64,000 bases of DNA. It comes from Acidobacteriota bacterium (GTDB taxonomy: Bacteria; Acidobacteriota; UBA6911; RPQK01; G965248645). Shown here piece by piece: positions 61,373 to 64,000 of this stretch. Numbering within the stretch: position 1 is the stretch's first letter; each line of letters begins with the position of its first letter. The stretch covers positions 155,522 through 219,521 of the forward strand of contig OZ252113.1 in assembly GCA_965248645.1 (NCBI GenBank), read 5' to 3'. The position numbers and the translations under genes are program-made. The notes beneath the pieces were generated by a model, which ran no database searches, was not told where the DNA came from, and was given only the letters and a program-made list of their open reading frames with translations.

Positions 61373-64000
61373 TCAGCCCTTTGGTCTATCCAAGGCAGAA
61401 ATGGAGTCTGGAGTGATCGCACCTATTTCCCCAAGTATCTGATGACAGCGGTGACAAATCGTGGGTAGATCCTTTAACTTTCCCACCCAAGCCGAATAGT
61501 GCCAGCAGCGCTCACACTTCTTACCAGTAGCTTTCGAGACCACTACCTCAGTCTTCTCCACAGAGTAGTCCTGGTTCTCGTCCAAATTGACCTGGGAGAC
61601 AATAAAGAGATACGGCAACTCGTGAAAAGTTTGCAGATATCGGAAGATGTCGGAGCTACAATGCAAGGTGACTTTGGCCTCCAATGAATTACCGATGTGA
61701 CCGTTTCTGCGGTTCTCCTCGACCGCCTTGTTGACTTTTTCCCGAATCGCCCGTAGAGGTTTCCAGCGAAGCAAAAGTGCTTCATCCTGATATTGATCCA
61801 TTTGATCGGAAAACTGAGTCAAATGCACCGATTCATTAGGTCCATTCTTCGGGTGAAGAGTCTTCCAGATCTCTTCGGTCGTGAACGGTAAAATCGGGGC
61901 CAAAAGTCGGACGAGTGTATCGAGAATGATCGATAAGGTCGTCTGAGCAGCTCGACGTCGTGGAGATTCGGGAGCCGAGATATAGAGTGGATCCTTCAAG
62001 ATATCCAAATAGAAGTTTGAGAGATCAACCAGACAGAAACGATGAAGGGCACGGTAGGCCTCACTGAACTCGAATGCCTGGTAGGCCTTTTCTGCTTGCT
62101 CAGCCACCGATGCCAAGCGAGCCAACGCCCAACGGTCGAGTTCGCTCAGTGCAGAGAAGGGTAGGGCCTTGTGCGAGTCGAAATCATAAAGATTCCCCAA
62201 CAGAAACCGATTGGTATTACGAATCTTTCGGTATGCTTCGCGCAAACGAGACAAAACCTCTTCTCCCAGACGCACGTCCTCGGTGTAATGGATCGATGCC
62301 ACCCACAAACGAAGAATCTCTGCACCGTTGGTCTTCAGAACGTCCAAAGGAGAGATGACATTTCCCAGCGATTTGGACATGGCACGACCCTGGGAATCCA
62401 AGGTCCAGCCGTTGCAAACTACGGTCCGGTAGGGTGCGGCGTTGCGAACTACAAGGGCGATCAACAAGGAGCTGTGAAACCACCCCCGATACTGATCTCC
62501 ACCCTCCAGGTAGACATCGGCAGGCCAAGGCAGATTGTCCTGTTTCCCAAGCAGCACGTGATGGCTAGAGCCAGAGTCGAACCATACGTCGAGAATGTCC
62601 TGTTCTTTTTCGGCTTCAGTGCTTCCACAGGGACAACGTGTGTTTTCCGGAAGCAACTCCCGGGCACTGCGGGAATACCACGCGTCAGCGCCTTCCTTTT
62701 CGAAGATGTCTGCCACGTGCTCAACCAAGGCGGAAGACAGAAGGGGCTGGTTGCAGGATTTGCAGTAGAAAGCGGTGATGGGCACACCCCAAATCCTTTG
62801 TCGGCTGATGCACCAATCGGGTCTGTGAGCGATCATGCTACTAATGCGCTCCGCCCCCCAAGCTGGGATCCAGCGGACTCCCTTGATAGCCTCAAGGGCT
62901 TTTTTACGGAGATTCCCATGCTGCATGCTAATAAACCATTGGGGGGTAGCTCGGAAAATCACCGGATGGTGACAGCGCCAACAGTGAGGATAACTGTGCT
63001 CAAAATTCTTTTCTGCTACCAGTGCTCCTTTCTCGGCTATGAACTGGGCAATCCTCGCGGTGGCTTGCTGAACGGGTAGCCCAGCGAAGTGTTCGACATC
63101 CTGGGTAAATCTCCCTGAACTGTCGACTGGGCAATAGATCTCTAGCCCATTTTCCAGTCCTAGGAGATAGTCCTCGTGACCATGTCCCGGTGCTGTGTGG
63201 ACTACTCCTGTTCCTTGATCCAATGTCACCAAGTTAGCCAGGAGACTCCTGGAATTTTGATTGAGCCAGGGATGGCGGAAGACTAACTTCTTCAGTTCTT
63301 TACCCTTGACTGTGAACAGGACTTGATGGCCCTCAAACCCGCACTCACGGACCACTTCCTGCAACAACTCTTGGGCCACGATATAGACTTCATCAGCTGA
63401 CTGTACGAAGCTGTAGTCGAATTCTGGGTGGAAGCAGATAGCTAAATTAGCGGGCAAGGTCCAGGGTGTAGTCGTCCAAACCAAAGCGGAAACACGACGA
63501 TCAACGAGTTTGGGGCTGATCTCTTTTAGGCTAGCCAGAACCGGGAACTTGACGTAGATGGATAGGCTAACATGTTGCTTATAGTTGACTTCTGCTTCTG
63601 CCAGAGCAGTTTCGCAAAAGGTACACCAGTGGACTGGTTTGAGTCCTCTGTAAACGCTACCGTTTTCCACGAATTTGCCCAACACTCTGACCGTTTCTGC
63701 CTCATAGCTGGAGCTCATGGTGAGATAGGGGTTGTCCCAGTCGGCAAAGATACCTAAGCGTTTGAACTCCTCCTTCTGGATTTCCACATATTTTTGGGCG
63801 TATTCACGACACTTCTGGCGTGTTTCCAAGGGATCCAGTCCCACCCTCTTCCTGCCGACAACTTTGATCTCGATCGGTAGACCGTGACAATCCCAACCTG
63901 GAACATAGGGGCAGTCAAAACCCGCCATCGTCTTGGATTTGACGATGAGATCTTTCAGAATCTTGTTGAGCGCATGACCTAGATGGATGTGACCATTGGC
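61373..64000 (-). CDS. ileS: isoleucyl-tRNA synthetase, 5'-partial (continues beyond window end)
   Basis: HIGH-type motif 'HLGH' encoded at the window edge; 'KMSKS'; C-terminal Zn finger 'CERCWHY...CHRC'. Confidence 0.95.
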   Translation of the reverse strand, partial: ANGHIHLGHALNKILKDLIVKSKTMAGFDCPYVPGWDCHGLPIEIKVVGRKRVGLDPLETRQKCREYAQKYVEIQKEEFKRLGIFADWDNPYLTMSSSYEAETVRVLGKFVENGSVYRGLKPVHWCTFCETALAEAEVNYKQHVSLSIYVKFPVLASLKEISPKLVDRRVSALVWTTTPWTLPANLAICFHPEFDYSFVQSADEVYIVAQELLQEVVRECGFEGHQVLFTVKGKELKKLVFRHPWLNQNSRSLLANLVTLDQGTGVVHTAPGHGHEDYLLGLENGLEIYCPVDSSGRFTQDVEHFAGLPVQQATARIAQFIAEKGALVAEKNFEHSYPHCWRCHHPVIFRATPQWFISMQHGNLRKKALEAIKGVRWIPAWGAERISSMIAHRPDWCISRQRIWGVPITAFYCKSCNQPLLSSALVEHVADIFEKEGADAWYSRSARELLPENTRCPCGSTEAEKEQDILDVWFDSGSSHHVLLGKQDNLPWPADVYLEGGDQYRGWFHSSLLIALVVRNAAPYRTVVCNGWTLDSQGRAMSKSLGNVISPLDVLKTNGAEILRLWVASIHYTEDVRLGEEVLSRLREAYRKIRNTNRFLLGNLYDFDSHKALPFSALSELDRWALARLASVAEQAEKAYQAFEFSEAYRALHRFCLVDLSNFYLDILKDPLYISAPESPRRRAAQTTLSIILDTLVRLLAPILPFTTEEIWKTLHPKNGPNESVHLTQFSDQMDQYQDEALLLRWKPLRAIREKVNKAVEENRRNGHIGNSLEAKVTLHCSSDIFRYLQTFHELPYLFIVSQVNLDENQDYSVEKTEVVVSKATGKKCERCWHYSAWVGKLKDLPTICHRCHQILGEIGAITPDSISALDRPKG

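Noticed and set aside
62171-63079. 302-aa plus-strand ORF
   Set aside because: Antisense to ileS, which has clear HIGH/KMSKS motifs on the minus strand. Spurious.

Overview
64-kb chromosomal segment (about 52% GC) from a diderm (Gram-negative-type) bacterium: outer-membrane proteins ending in a C-terminal Phe, LolA, LspA, a Pal-like lipoprotein, ExbB/ExbD, sigma-54 regulation, HrcA and several TPR proteins are all present. No rRNA, tRNA or CRISPR arrays were seen by eye. The window is mostly dense housekeeping genes, in order: a PDZ-sensor histidine kinase with a sigma-54 activator; ExbB-ExbD-ExbD-TPR; pta-eno; a GT2/GT4 plus rmlA/B/D (dTDP-rhamnose) surface-polysaccharide cluster; smpB; pepA; yaaT(ricT)-holB-tmk with divergent yggS; class II B12-dependent ribonucleotide reductase nrdJ with a 530-nt leader; an outer-membrane beta-barrel gene; one IS256-family insertion sequence; hrcA-grpE-dnaJ; a lipoate ligase; htrA; an alanine:cation symporter; pcrA/uvrD; a ParB-like gene next to a spore-photoproduct-lyase-like radical SAM gene; a Pal-like lipoprotein; three M16 peptidase paralogues; rimP-nusA-infB ... 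truB; thiD; fabH; lolA-like; lspA; and a 5'-partial ileS. I did not find one self-evidently new multi-gene system. The items most worth a second look are the ParB-like/SPL-like pair, the PDZ-sensor kinase/sigma-54/ExbBD neighbourhood, the IS256 insertion into a ~970-bp gene-free region, a 28-bp perfect hairpin, the long nrdJ leader, and a Fic-like/Sm-like pair of small genes.
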